Source of the DNA: Eledone cirrhosa
Taxonomy: Eukaryota
Reading direction: 5' to 3'
Assembly (NCBI GenBank): GCA_964016885.1
Contig: OZ024743.1
Span: 339,822,001-339,886,000, forward strand
DNA: 64,000 nt
Part shown: piece by piece, positions 51,582 to 64,000 of the stretch
Layout: each line of letters begins with the position of its first letter
Numbering within the stretch: the stretch's first letter is position 1
Position numbers and translations under genes: made by a program
Notes under the pieces: model-generated
Told to the model about the DNA's origin: nothing
Database searches by the model: none
The model's input: only the letters and a program-made list of their open reading frames with translations

Positions 51582-52139
51582 CTAAAATATACAGAAACAA
51601 CTATTACATTAAAAAAAAAGTATGCAATAAGTGTAGTAGCATTTATTCCTTTATTTGAGGTTTTAATCCATTGCTATTCTGAGTTTCTTGCATGCTTTTC
51701 AAAGCAACTCAAAGAATGAGCAAGAAATATGATAATCAGAGTAATGTAAATGCTAAAGGGTTAATGAAGTCTCATATTTGAAAATATACATTTGCACACA
51801 CATATGAACAAATTACGTAACACATTATGAAACATTAACATACAAAAACAGACACAGAAGCCGATGACAATTGAATTTGAAACTCTGTAGTTGTAAAGCA
51901 AACTTCTTAACCACAGAGTTATTCCTCCACATAACAAATGTATTGTTTCTCCATATCTCTTTTCTGCTACTACACTGCTGCTCTGTACTCTTCTTAATAA
52001 ATACAATGCATATCAGCCCCCACTTAATGCATCTGTCTTTTCCATTTCATAATTCCTACTGTATCTGATTCCACACTAAACATTTTCTAATCATATCATC
52101 CCAGAGCTACACCTCTCCAAAATATTTTCTCCACTCAAA

Positions 52140-53340
52140 TTTTCCCTGATCTCTGAGCCATGCACTCTATGGAGTAATGTTACATCAAAGACCCTTTGGC
52201 AGAATCCCATTTTGATCGCATGTATTTGCAATCATATTCTTTACCCAAGAGTCATGACCATAGGTAAGGGTTGGCACACATACCAAATTGAAGATAGCAA
52301 GTTTGGCTTTTACACTTACCTCTCTTCTGATGACTGAATGCGGAAGCTGGTGCATTACTGCACAAGCTCTTGCACTTAATTCAGCCTCCTGCTTTCCATC
52401 ACTCATGAGATACTTGAACTACTCCACCTGCTTCAGTGGAACTCCACTTACATGAAGAATGCACTGCGCAGACTTCCTTGAGAAGACGAGTGTCTGAGTC
52501 TTTACAGCGCTGATTTTCATTCTGCTTTGCAGCACTCATCAGCAAACCTATCAAGTACATGTCGGAGATCAGCTTCCAATGAGTTAAGTAGTACTATGTC
52601 ATCTGCAAATTCCAGCTGACTGATCTTACAACTGCCAGTCTCAAAACCATTTCCAACCTAGTTGCGCATGTCAATCCTGTTCATGAAGATTATAAACAGA
52701 AGAGGTGATAGTACACACTGTTGGACAAGTCCAACACCCACATTGAATGGTTTCAATTTAGCACTATTTATCTAAACACAAATACTTGGGCATCTGTACA
52801 GAAACCTCCATTGATCCCATACTCCTGCAGAACCTTCCACAACAGGTCCAGTGGAATGTGGTCATATGTTTTTTCGAGGTCTATGAAACAAGCATACACC
52901 TCTTGTCAATACTCCTACAATTTTTCAAAGACCTACCGCAGTGCGAATATTTGGTTGGCTGTGCTGCATCCGGGACGAAAACCACACTATTTGTCAGCTA
53001 GCTTGGACTCGACAATACCCCTACATCTCTTTGTCAGACACTTAGCATAGACTTTACCAGGGAGGCTTAACAAGGAGATCACTCTATAGTTAAAGTAGTT
53101 TCTCTTGTCTCTCTTTTTAAAAATTGGAATTATCACTCCCGATTGCCATTCCTTAGGTGCTTTTCCAAAGATCCAGGCCACCCAGTACACAGAAGTCAGC
53201 CAGAGAATACCTTCTCTATTTAAAGCTTTTAACATCTCAGAATTCTCCCCAGAAGCCTTGCTATATTTAAGCTCTTTAATTGCTCTGGTGACCTCAGCCT
53301 CCAAGAGGTTAGTAATCACTTCCAGATGCACCTCATGTAC
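52140..53340 (-). mobile_element. RTE-clade LINE RT fragment (third family)
   Basis: IIPIFKK.D..NYRVISLLSLPGKVYAK, FADD, FKYL and PTLTYGH.SW motifs. Confidence 0.8.
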
Positions 53341-54247
53341 ATCAAAAGATGTAAAGGTTTTTACATAAAATTATGATGGAAGTTTTTTAGATAAATATAA
53401 ACACTTATAACAAACAAGGGTGGTTTCAAACAATTAGGTATCAAAAAGGTTAAAGCCTTCGGTTTAGAAATTGAGACACATTTCTCTCATGGTTACCTGT
53501 ATGCAGACTATTCCAGTAGGAAATGGGAATAAGCTGCACACACTAACTGTTAATATTGGTTTCTTATATAGGCACAAGGCCAGTGATTTGGGGGGAGGGG
53601 AAAGTCGATTAAATCGATCCCAGTGCGTGACTGGTACTTTATTTTATCGCCCCCATGAGGATGAAAGGCAAAGTTAACCTCGGCAGGATTTGAACTCAGA
53701 TCATAAAGGGCCGTAACTCTTTGCTGCAAAGCATGGCGTCCGATTCTCTACCGATACTGCCAATCCACCACCCTCGGATTAACTGAAAATATTGTTGAAA
53801 GAAAGCTCTATAACAGATAGAGAGATGATATATAGTTAGAGAGACAAACAGAAGGTAATATACCAGCAAACAACATCAAGCATTTAAAAGATATTTTCTT
53901 TGCTAAAGCAGAAGTTGTTAGCCATGCAGGTGATAGGAAGGGTATGAAGCTGTAGAAAACCTGCCAAACAAAGGGTTGGGAGGACACTTCAACTGTGTCA
54001 AAGACATAAGACATCCCCAATACTGGTGTCACAATATAATGCACTCAGTTGAGTGTTGGTTTGTATGTAAACAAGATGCAGGCCTCCAGCCCATCTGAAA
54101 GATCAGTAGCTCTGCCTGAGTACTGATTTGGCCTGTGAAGACCCATTCAACCCTTGCTAGCAGAGAAAACAGAAGTTAAATAATGATGATGTTATATATA
54201 TATATATATACACACACAAAGATCGGGTGTGAACCTTGAATTTTCGG

Positions 54248-54812
54248 ACTTACTAAGTGCCAAGGAAATAAATCTATAAGAAGATGTAGGAAGCTCAGAC
54301 ACAGAAAATAACTGCAATACAGCCAGTTGCTATAAAATAGCTTACAAAAATTGGGTAAAGACTCTAAGACATGGAAAAATGTCAGGGGTTGCTACAAAGA
54401 AGCAAACTCCATATCTACCAACATTTTTCTGTCTTTAAGAGTCTTTACCCAATTTTTGTAAGCTATTTTATAGCAACTGACTGTATTGCAGTTATTTTGT
54501 GTTTGAGCTTCCTACATCTTCTTATAGATTTATTTCCTTGGCACTTAGTAAGTTAAAAAATTCGAACATCACACACAACGTTTGTTTATATTTTCAAAAG
54601 CTCTTTGATTCAGCTCCTTATTTAGATGGTAAGATGTTGTCAAGGGTCCCTTAGCTCAATAGTTAGAACATCTGTGAGACACGGAGTTCATTTCTTTGTA
54701 GCAGCCGCTGGCAACATTTTTCTGTCTTTAGGAGTCTTTACCTGACTTTTATAAATTATTTTGTAGCAACTGAGTATAATTGCAGTTATTTTCTGCGTCT
54801 GAGCTTCCTACA
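54248..54812. repeat. Foldback: ~135-bp inverted repeat (54248-54382 / 54421-54553) plus a third copy with a tRNA-like head (about 54645-54812)
   Basis: The arms are reverse complements with few mismatches. The third copy is preceded by GGTCCCTTAGCTCAATAGTTAGAAC..GGAGTTCA. Confidence 0.75.
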
Positions 54813-55137
54813 TCATCATCATCATCATTTTACGTCCGCTTTTCCCTGCTTGCAAGGGTGGGATGGCAACTGATTCTGGCTTGATTTCTACAGCTGGATG
54901 CCCTTCCTAACACCAACCTCATTTACAGTGAGTGCTGGGTGCTTTTTTTCCGTGGCGCCTACACGTCCACTTTACAGTGTGGGCTGGGTGCTTTTTTTAC
55001 CGTGGCACCTCCACGACCACTTTGCAGTGGAATGACAGGGACCACAGTCCCATCATGTCACTTCTACAATTGAGAAAACTGGAGCAATGTGAAATAAAGT
55101 GTCTTGCTCAAGGAAACAACACATCACATTTTCCTAT

Positions 55138-55140
<3 letters not shown>

Positions 55141-55170
<30 letters not shown>

Positions 55171-55765
55171 ACGTTTAACATCCGTGTTCCACGCTTGCAT
55201 GGGTTTGGACGGGGGTAGTCCCACTTGAGGCAAGAGTGATTGTCTTGCAGGTTTTCTACAGTTGGATGCCCTTCCTAACACCAACCACATTTACAGTGTG
55301 GGTCTGGGAGGTTTTTACCGTGTTGCCTACACGGCCACATTACAGCGTGGACTGTGTGTTTTTTTTGTCGTGACACCTACACGATTTCATTTGTTTCGGC
55401 CTGGATGGCGCGGCACCAACATAACTTTACATAGAACGGGGTGGTGTGGATGGGGTGGGGGTGGGACGGGGTGTATTTTGTTAGAGATGCCTACTGGCTG
55501 GAGTAGGTTTTACTATATATTTAGGTAAGGCGGGTCTTCTCTGTTACTGAGTACCGCCAAAGGTCTCGGTCCAGTGACATTGTCTTGGAGAGGTGTAAGT
55601 GTGTGATGTCGGAGTTTATCAGCTCGTCCCAGGTTTTTCTAGGTCTGCCTATTCCGTGACTACCGTCTATCTTTATTGCCCTGCACTTTGTTATACAGCT
55701 ATCGACTTTCATGCGCATCATGTGTCCATACCAACGTAGCCTTCTCTCGAGTAAACAACATCTGA
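55141..55765 (-). mobile_element. RTE LINE 3' fragment
   Basis: Reverse complement of 13925-14541 with high similarity. Confidence 0.88.
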
Positions 55766-55784
55766 TAAATATATATAATAATAA

Positions 55785-56222
55785 TGATTTCTAGTATAGG
55801 CACAAGGCCAGTAATTTTTTGGGGGGAGAGTCAATTAAATCGACCCCAGTAGATTACTGTTGTTTTGTTTTATCGACCCCATAAGGATGAAAGGCAAAGT
55901 TAACCTCAGCGGGATTTGAACTCAGACCATAAAGGACTGTAACTCTATGCTGCAAAGCATGGTGTCCGACTCTACCGATACTGCCAATCCACCGCCCTAA
56001 TATAATATATATAATAATAATAATAATAATAATTGTTTCTACTTTTGGCACGAGGCCAGCAATTATTCCAGTGTATTACTGGTACTTTATTTTATTGACC
56101 CCGTAAGGATGAAAGGCAAAGTTAACCTCGGTGGGATTTGAACTCAGACCATAAATAGCCATAACTCTTTGCTGCAAAGCATGGCGTCCGACCCTCTACC
56201 GATACTGCCAATCCACTGCTCT
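55785..56222 (-). mobile_element. Two tandem Deu/Nin-type SINEs
   Basis: Two successive copies of GGATGAAAGGCAAAGTTAACCTC..GGATTTGAACTCAGA..GCCAATCCAC with (AAT)n tails. Confidence 0.75.
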
Positions 56223-56487
56223 ATAATAATAATAATGATGAGCAGGAATGAAGTATCAATGTAATACCATTATGTTTATTTACATATATTGTGTATTTTG
56301 TGATCAATCAGTTCAAGGTATGATCGGTATTGAACGCGCCCAGCTCTGAAATCGATAGCTCACCAGACTAGTGGATACTCTAATCTCTCTCTCTTCCTAT
56401 ATAGTATTCTTTTACTGGTTTCCATAATTGGAATTTGGCCATGCTGGATTGCTTCCATAACACATATATCTGTATATATAAACTTAC

Positions 56488-56615
56488 CTACTGCATTTCA
56501 CATCACTAAAACAGGAATCTATTGCACGAAGTTGCTGACTGCGATGAAATCGTACAAAACGCATGTATGCAATCACTTGAGCTTGGTGATGCTCATTTAA
56601 ACCAAGTACAGATGT
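56488..56615 (-). CDS. LZTFL1: LZTFL1 coding exon 2 (TSVLGLNEHHQAQVIAYMRFVRFHRSQQLRAIDSCFSDVKCS)
   Basis: CAG/GTAAGT boundaries; matches the human N-terminus AELGLNEHHQNEVINYMRFARSKRGLRLKTVDSCFQDLKESR. Confidence 0.95.
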
Positions 56616-57894
56616 CTGAAATTCAAGGAAAGAATTATATAAGGACTTATATTTTTACACAGCCACACACACTTGTTCATCATAAAATAAATTCCTTCAA
56701 ATGCTCAGAAGGCTCACTAGAAGTAGTAGAGAGCTTTAGCTATCTAGGTGATCTCATTAGAATTGGTGGTGGATGCCAGGAGAGTGTTGTAGCCAGAATG
56801 AAAATACAGTGCAAAATGTTCAGCGAGTTGTTACCTCAACTGGCAACAATGGACTTCCTTATCACAGTGAAGTGCAGATTATATGATGCCTGTGTTCAAA
56901 CTGCTATGCTACATGGTAGTGAGAGTGGGCCATGAGTGCATATGTTACATTTTTGGCATGATCTCTACAGCTTGGGGCCATTCTTAACACCCACCACTTC
57001 ACAGAGTATACTGGATGCATTCTATCATGGCACTACCACTTTACAGGGTGTACTGGGTGAATGTTATCATGGAACAAGCACTATCACTTTACAGAGTGAA
57101 CTATGTGCATTTTATCATGGCACTAACACTTTACAGAGTGTACTGGGTGCATTTTATCATGGCACCAATACTACTACTAGAGGCTGAAATCAGAGAGGGT
57201 GGGGTGAGGGAAAATATGACAAGAGTCTCTGTGGAGGTATAAATGGTAGTTTCATACCTGTTACCAACAACTAGGGAGAGAGTCAAAAGGCAGGAATCTA
57301 GGGGGATCAAGTGTGGGCACAAGTGTAGGGTGGTGGATTTGGCCACTGATAAGATTGTTATGAAAAGGAGGAATACATAACAGGATTGGATGTGAGTATG
57401 TGTGTACATGAACGTCAACTAACAACTACAAAGATTTATATATGTTAGGCACATGGCTTAGTGGTTAGAGGATTCGCAATTGTGAGGTTCATCATCATCA
57501 TCAACGTTTAACGTCTATCTTCCACGCTAGCATGGATTTAGACGGGAATTGTCCCACTTGAGGCAAGATTGGTCGTCTCGCTCGTATAGGACTGTCTGGC
57601 AGGTTTTCTACGGCTGGATGCCCTTCCTAACACCAACCACGTTTACAGTGTGGACTGGGAGGTTTTTACCGTGTTACCTACATGAGGTTGCGAGTTCAAT
57701 TCTCATACTGGGTAATGCGTAGTGCCCTTGAGCAAAACACTTTATTTAACGTTGCTACTTCTGCCAGGAGTTGTAACTGGTAGATAGTATCAGCAATGGA
57801 AACCAGTGGAAACATTGTTTCTTTGGTCCAATTTGACAGGGTCCACCCCACTTGGTAAGTGAATGAGGTGTGGGATCTTGCCGATCACTTCCCC

Positions 57895-58003
57895 TATATA
57901 TGTCAGGTGTAATACTTGATAGGGTTATATATGTCAGGTGTAATACTTGATAGGGTTATATATGTCAGGCGTAATACTTGATAGGGTTATATATGTCAGG
58001 TGT
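57895..58003 (+). repeat. 31-bp minisatellite, about 3.5 copies
   Basis: TATATATGTCAGGTGTAATACTTGATAGGGT repeated almost perfectly. Confidence 0.9.
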
Positions 58004-60605
58004 GATAAATTTCAAGGAAAAAGTTCTTAATTAACAACAAACTTTGTTTTTCATTTATCCGCCTACAGATGACATTTGACAGATTATCAGACTGTTATCT
58101 AATGGACAATGCCAATGCCAGATTTAAATGGCTTATGAGAGCTATTGCCATCATATATAAAAGTACAACAACAATATCATGATCAGTAGTGAATTTAGTG
58201 AAGAATTGAATCCCCAAATGGTATCTGTTAAGGTTTTGTCTGCAGATCTCTCTTCATCTTATTCTTTGAAGCAGATATATAGTTGGCAATATATATATAA
58301 AGGCAATCTTGATGAATGCATGAAATATATAATACTATTACATATTTTTCATATACTTTTCTGGAAAAGGTTTGATTTATACACAAGTACATACAGTAAA
58401 TATATGTGGAAAACTAATATGTGACTTATCTACTGAACCTACAAAACCTTAATTCAAAATATAGTGTATTGGCAGGATCCTTCAGTTTGTGTCAAAAGAC
58501 ACAATTTCTCTGCACTTGATAGAACGAATGACCATATGTAAGCGAGATGAAGACCCCTTGGCCTGTCTGAGAGGTCAGTAGTCCCGCTTCAGTACCAACC
58601 CTTGCTAGCAGGGAAAGTAGATGTTAAGCAAATGAATTTAAAAAAAAAACCCATGAAAAACCAGACCCAACTCCTCCGTCTACCTTTCCTGCAATAAGCT
58701 CCCACTCCCCAAGTGCTCCCTGCATTCACATTCTTCACTCCCCTCTTTCCTTGCCAAACTCATGCCATCATGGAAAGAAGTGTTCCCCCTACCCCTTCCA
58801 ACATCCCCAATTTTCCTTCCTTGTCAACATGGAAGATATGCTGTCTACTCTCACCCACATCTCTGATTCATTTTCCTAGTCCAATCCGTACAAGCACGGA
58901 AAGCCAGGCATACCTCACAATATACTGCACAGACACAAATGACGTTTTTCAAAACCACTTCTTCCGCCATTGTGATATAATCCCCCAACACATACACACA
59001 CTCCATTCCCAGAGTTAGTGCTATGATAAAAATGCATTCAGCCCATTCAGATATCATGACAAAAAGCACCCAGTCCACACTATAAGCTGGCTGTGCCATT
59101 AGAAAGGGTATCCAGCTGTAGAAATGAAGCCAAAAACGGAATGCACAAGCAAGACATAGTTACTGAGCCAATTTAGCTTCAGTACATGACAAGCGATCCA
59201 ATCCAGGCAAGCATTAAATAGCAATGATGATGAAACGTTGCTAACTGACACCTGTAAGTTAATCAATACTAAACCTATAAGTTATATGATATACTGATTA
59301 ACTAATAAGAAATGTCAGCTAGCAATGTTTATATTTAATAGCATAGTCAGAGGAGAAGGCAGTACCTCTTCTTGAGTTCTCAGTGGTAGGAAGGAAGAGA
59401 CAAAGTAACCCTAATGATTTTTTTCTTTTTTTTCACCTTTTAAATGGTTTAATTTTTGTAGGAAGACATTCTGCATGTCCTGTGAGCTTGTTGATACAAA
59501 TGAAGCCAATGTTCTTCTTTGTGATATTTTGAAGAGGAAGAACTGGTTGAAGTAGTGAGTGCAGAGCTTAAGGGGTTCTTTTTTTCTTTCATTGGCTTTA
59601 TGCCCATTTTCCCATGCTGGCATGGATTGAATGAAGGCCAGAGCTTATTCTGGATTAATGTGGAGTTAAGCAACTGAGAGCACAAGACTCCTTGTTCAAC
59701 ACTACATCAGTGTTGAACAAGGTTAATTTCAGCTACAGCCAGAACACATTTTCAGCTAAGTGAAATTGAACACTCTTAAATGAAGTGCTCTGCCCAAGGA
59801 CACAAAGTATCCTTTGATTGAAGGATTGAACCCAACACCTTAGTTATTAGGCCACATGTCTGAGATGATGAGAGGAGACGTAAATGAATTAAGAGTGTCA
59901 GCTAGCTTCAAAGGATTTCTAACAATGACCATTCCATCTGACACTGTATCCAGAACACCATTATCTGACATGTTCTTTTTTTTTAAAGATTGTAGGATAA
60001 TATTTGAGGGAGTCTGCCATTTCTAGTAGGTCATTGATAACATAAGGGCTTCCTCATCAAGTTGTATATAAGTCGGCGTTGTTGGTGTGGATGTTTGTAG
60101 AAGCAACTGCGCAGTACCTTGGGCAAAAGTTCGTTGACTAATGCCTTGCAAGCAAAATTTGTTAATCAGAAACAGTAAGAAAGCCAGTTGTGTGTGTATA
60201 TATATATAGGCGACGACACATGACCGTGACCTCTGGCGTCACGCAGTAATACAGAAGACCCGACCCCCCACAGGCTGAAGCTGAAGCATACAGACAATAT
60301 GCCCCCACCCCTCCTACTACAAAGTGGTCGTGGAGGTACCACGGCAAAAAAGCACCCAGCCCACACTGTAAAGTGGGCGTGTAGGCGCCACGGTAAAAAA
60401 GCACCCAGCACTCACTGTAAATGAGGTTGGTGTTAGGAAGGACATCCAGCTGTAGACATCAAGCCAGAATCAGTTCCCGTATGAACAAGACATGGTCAGC
60501 CGACCGGGCACTGCCCACAACAGGACAACCCATCTAACCCATGCTAGCGTGGAAGAATGGACGTAAAACGGTGATGATGATGATGATATATATATATATA
60601 CACAT

Positions 60606-61175
60606 ATGGGAGGGAGGGGGTGTTCCGAGGCCATAGTATCTAGAATAAGGACGGGTTGGAAGAAGTTTAGGGAGCTGCTTCCTCTGTTGACAAAGAAGGG
60701 TTTCTCCCTGCATACGAAAGGACGGTTATATGATGCCCGTGTGAGATGCGCGATGCTGCATCGTAGTGAGACATGGGGAAACAACTGCAGAAGATATGCG
60801 ACGGCTGGAGAGAAATGAAGCAAGTATGCTCCGTTGGATGTGCAATGCCAATGTGCGTGAACAACTGAGCATAGACGAGTTGAGAAAGAGGGATAAGTTG
60901 AGGTGTGCAGGAGAGAAGGCTGAGATGGTATGGACATGTGATGCGCATGGAGGATGACTGCTGGGTAAAGAAGTGCCAAGAAATCCCAGTAGAAGGAAGA
61001 CGCAGTAGAGGTAAACCACGAAAAACATGGGCAGAGGTGGTGAGAGCAGACTGCAGATTGTTGAAACTCACCGAGATGATGAAGGACCGTGACAAGTGGA
61101 GAGATGCTGTGCTGAATAGGACCCATCCAACCCTTGCAAGCAGGAAAAAGCGGACGTAAAATGATGATGATGATA
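60606..61175 (+). mobile_element. RTE LINE 3' fragment
   Basis: CSEAIVSRIRTGWKKFRELLPLL...RRLRWYGHVMRMEDD and a (GAT)n tail. Confidence 0.88.
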
Positions 61176-61420
61176 TATATATACATACATATGTGTGTAT
61201 ATATATATCATCATCATCATCAGCATTTTACGTGGAAACTCTGCTTCGTAGAATCGAGACATATCTGAGGATCATGCAATTTCAGAGTCAGGTTTGATCA
61301 TTGCATCGATCATGGCTCGAGCTGGTCGCCAGAGAAATGATTGTAATATGTCTAATAAATCTTATTCGTCGCACCACTGATTCTCCGTTTCTAATGTTAT
61401 ATATATATATATATATAATG

Positions 61421-62240
61421 TATCATCATCATCATTTTACGTCTGCTTTTCCCTGCTTGCAAGGGTGGGATAGGTCCTATTCAGCACAGCATCTCTCCAC
61501 TTGTCACAGTCCTTCATCATCTCCTCCGTGAGCTTCAGCGATCTGAGGTCCACTCTCACCACCTCCACCCATGTTTTTCGTGGTCTTCCTTCTACTGGGA
61601 TTTCTTTGCACTTCTTTACCCAGCAGTCATCCTCCATCGCACACTACAATCTATCCCTCTCAGACACAGTTTCTCTCTCAACTCATCTATGCTTGATCGT
61701 TCATGCACATTGGCATTACACATCCAACGGAGCATGCTTGCTTCATTTCTCTCCAGCCATCGCATATCCTCTGCAGTTGCTGCCCATGTCTCACTACCAT
61801 GCAGCATCACGTATCTCACACAGGCATCATATAACTGGCCTTTCGTACGCAGGGAGAAACCCTTCTTTGTCAACAGAGGAAGCAGCTCACTAAACTTCTT
61901 CCAACCCGTCCTTATTCTAGATACTATGGCCTCGGAACACACCCTCCCATGCTAATTTGATCACCTAGGTACCGGAAGTTATCAACCACTTCTATAGAAC
62001 CTACCAGTATTTGACAAATGTGTCTATCAATGCGACTTCTTCTGTCTAATTTCCCTGTACATCTACTGCATACATAGTTTTCCCTACCTGTTAGTTTGCC
62101 TGCTATCCCACTACATCTCTTGTCTACCCAAAATTTGCATTGTGTACATTTTATAGAGTTTATGCCACCTCCTTTTCTACATATCCAACGTGGCCATTTC
62201 CCAGATGGAATCAGAGTTTTGTTCTCTTTTCTACTTATCA
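61421..62240 (-). mobile_element. RTE LINE 3' fragment including PHD region, inverted relative to 60606-61175
   Basis: GKWP..ICRKG..NSIKCTQC, FRYLG and MLHGSETWA motifs; (ATC)n tail on the + strand. Confidence 0.88.
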
Positions 62241-62419
62241 AGATATATATATATATCTATATTCATTTAGTGATAAACTAATTATGCAATCCAAACCTGA
62301 TGATGTCGCCAGGATCTTACGTAACAAGGCCATTGAAATATATATATAGTGTTTTTTGCAACAATAAAACTTTAAAGGAATATTACCAGTAAGGCCTCCT
62401 GTTATTTAAATCAAATTAA

Positions 62420-62590
62420 TAGGGGTAGACACTGAGCAGGATGGTTGGATAACATCCATGAGTTGGCTGGCCTCGCTTGAGTATCTAGTCGTATCAATTG
62501 GAGACAGTTGCTTCTGACAGGACCCACTGGAAGGAATGTTTGAGGGCTCTGCCCCCACGGCCCACTCAGGATTAAGTGGGTGAAGAAGAT
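62420..62590 (+). mobile_element. RTE-type LINE 3' end fragment
   Basis: Similar to the reverse complement of 2100-2275; ends in GAAGAAG. Confidence 0.55.
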
Positions 62591-63455
62591 ATATATATAT
62601 CAGGGTTGGTGGAACTAGGGGGTAGGGGTGGAGAAGAAGGACCCCCCCCCCCCCCCCAATAATAACTTTTGTCTCTCCAAACTACCAAAACACACATCTA
62701 TTTGTATATGCGCTACAATTTATGTAGATGTTATGTTTATCGCATATCGAAGTTTTTTATATGTAGGTTGATATTTGTTTATAAAAGATAAACTAATCAC
62801 AACTAAATCGACCCCCCCCCCCTCGTTTAGAAACGTTTCCAACGCCCCTATATATATATATATAGCGTTGGTCTGGAGAAAGGGCCTTTGCTGATAGTTA
62901 TATATAAGACAGCCAAAAGTTATATGTATCGGCGAGTTAACTGCCGATAAACTGATGCGTCTAAACAAACAAAAAATACGTTATATTTATTCTGCCCGAA
63001 TAAATGTTTCCTTGGCTCTCATCATCGTTAATCTAGTAGTTGGTTCGTTGTAAATCAACGAAACTATTTGTTCCCAAAATACATGATATAATATAAAAAC
63101 ATCTATTAGATAATGTGATCGATTCATACCCCACCCGTTTTTTCTTTAACATAATGTATGACAGCCTATTTTACCCAACTTGTCTTTCACTTATTCTCAA
63201 TAATCAGAGTGTGATTTGAGTCAGATTTGGCTGCTATTTTTAGCATGCAGAGCATCCCGATAGCGGACGTTCTTATATATATATATGCGTATTTGTGGCA
63301 GTATTTCAAATATGTGCATATTCCAAATATATAATATCCCTCAAACAGCTTGCACTGTGGGACATTCTCTTCATTAGTTGTCAAATGGAAATTTCAACTA
63401 TTTTGGCATCTTCTGAATATATAATTTTACAAATGTTTGATTGTGATATATAGCC

Positions 63456-63470
63456 GTAACCAGTGGTAAC
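63456..63470. promoter_or_regulatory. Candidate RFX X-box
   Basis: GTAACC-AGT-GGTAAC fits GTNRCC-N(0-3)-RGYAAC and lies about 180 bp into intron 1 of a ciliary gene. Confidence 0.4.
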
Positions 63471-63651
63471 AGAGAACAACTACATGTAGAACTATGTTGC
63501 TTTATATTTGGAGGATAAATTACCGGCTTCTATGGATATTATCGCACTTATATGGCGGAAAATACAATATATATAAAATAAATGTATAAATAAGAGATCT
63601 AACAATTTAAATTGCTGCCTTATTTTGCAATTAACAAAAAAAGTTGTTTAC

Positions 63652-63654
63652 CAT
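63652..63654 (-). CDS. LZTFL1: LZTFL1 probable coding exon 1 (start ATG only)
   Basis: Minus strand GCAACG-ATG|GTAAAC. Exon 2 starts in phase 0 without a Met, and this site lies in a promoter-like region containing CCGGAA and GACTACA. Confidence 0.6.
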
Positions 63655-63905
63655 CGTTGCTCCGATTGTCCTGCCGGAAATCAATGCTCAGAACTGTTAC
63701 GAGACTACATACAAAGAGTCATGTGTTGCGTTAAAAATAATTATTATAATTTCTTCTTTTTAAATAATTTAAAAATATTTATTTTACTATCTTAACTATA
63801 TTTTACTTATAATAATTACACATTTAAACATATTTTTCGAAAAAACATTATTTTAGTTTTTTTTTAGTTGGAGGCTAGCATATTCCGGGCGTGGACAGTG
63901 ATAAA

Positions 63906-63918
63906 ATGGCTGCTTCGG
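63906..63918 (+). CDS. Probable first coding exon (MAAS...) of an unidentified gene running out of the window
   Basis: AAAATGGCTGCTTCGG|GTAAGT gives a good Kozak/YY1-like context and a consensus donor, about 250 bp from the LZTFL1 ATG on the opposite strand. Confidence 0.5.
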
Positions 63919-64000
63919 GTAAGTGCATGCTTGTACCTTCTTCAAACTAGTCTCTATTTTTTTAAAGCAATGAAAGTGTTGTATGATTTGTAATTTTTCC

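Noticed and set aside
56522-56935. 137-aa plus-strand ORF
   Set aside because: It is a chimera of the antisense strand of LZTFL1 exon 2 and an RTE fragment (56690-56935).
62292-62356. CTGATGA...TGAAATATATATA as a hammerhead
   Set aside because: Stem II is irregular, stem III is just a TA repeat, and stem I is only 2 bp.

Overview
AT-rich, repeat-dense animal genomic DNA, most likely a coleoid cephalopod such as Octopus (inferred from the tandem C2H2-ZNF style and the SINE/RTE repertoire, not verified). It holds two divergently transcribed C2H2 zinc-finger genes (187-1425 minus; about 5139-5669 plus). It also holds a complete 10-coding-exon LZTFL1/BBS17 orthologue on the minus strand (33595-63654; my manual splicing gives 912 nt, 303 aa) that the ORF track misses, and the probable first exon of a head-to-head neighbour at about 63906. 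The rest is mostly decayed transposons: RTE LINEs (one near full length, with a PHD finger inside the RT), CR1-type, Tx1/L1-type and CRE-type LINE fragments, a Gypsy pol relic, tRNA-derived SINEs and several MITE/foldback elements. The most unusual item is at 17697-18331: two head-to-head ~310-bp monomers of the same unit, circularly permuted relative to each other, each carrying a type I hammerhead ribozyme fold. This is the pattern expected from a retrozyme-like circular RNA copied into the genome. All calls were made by eye, without database searches.
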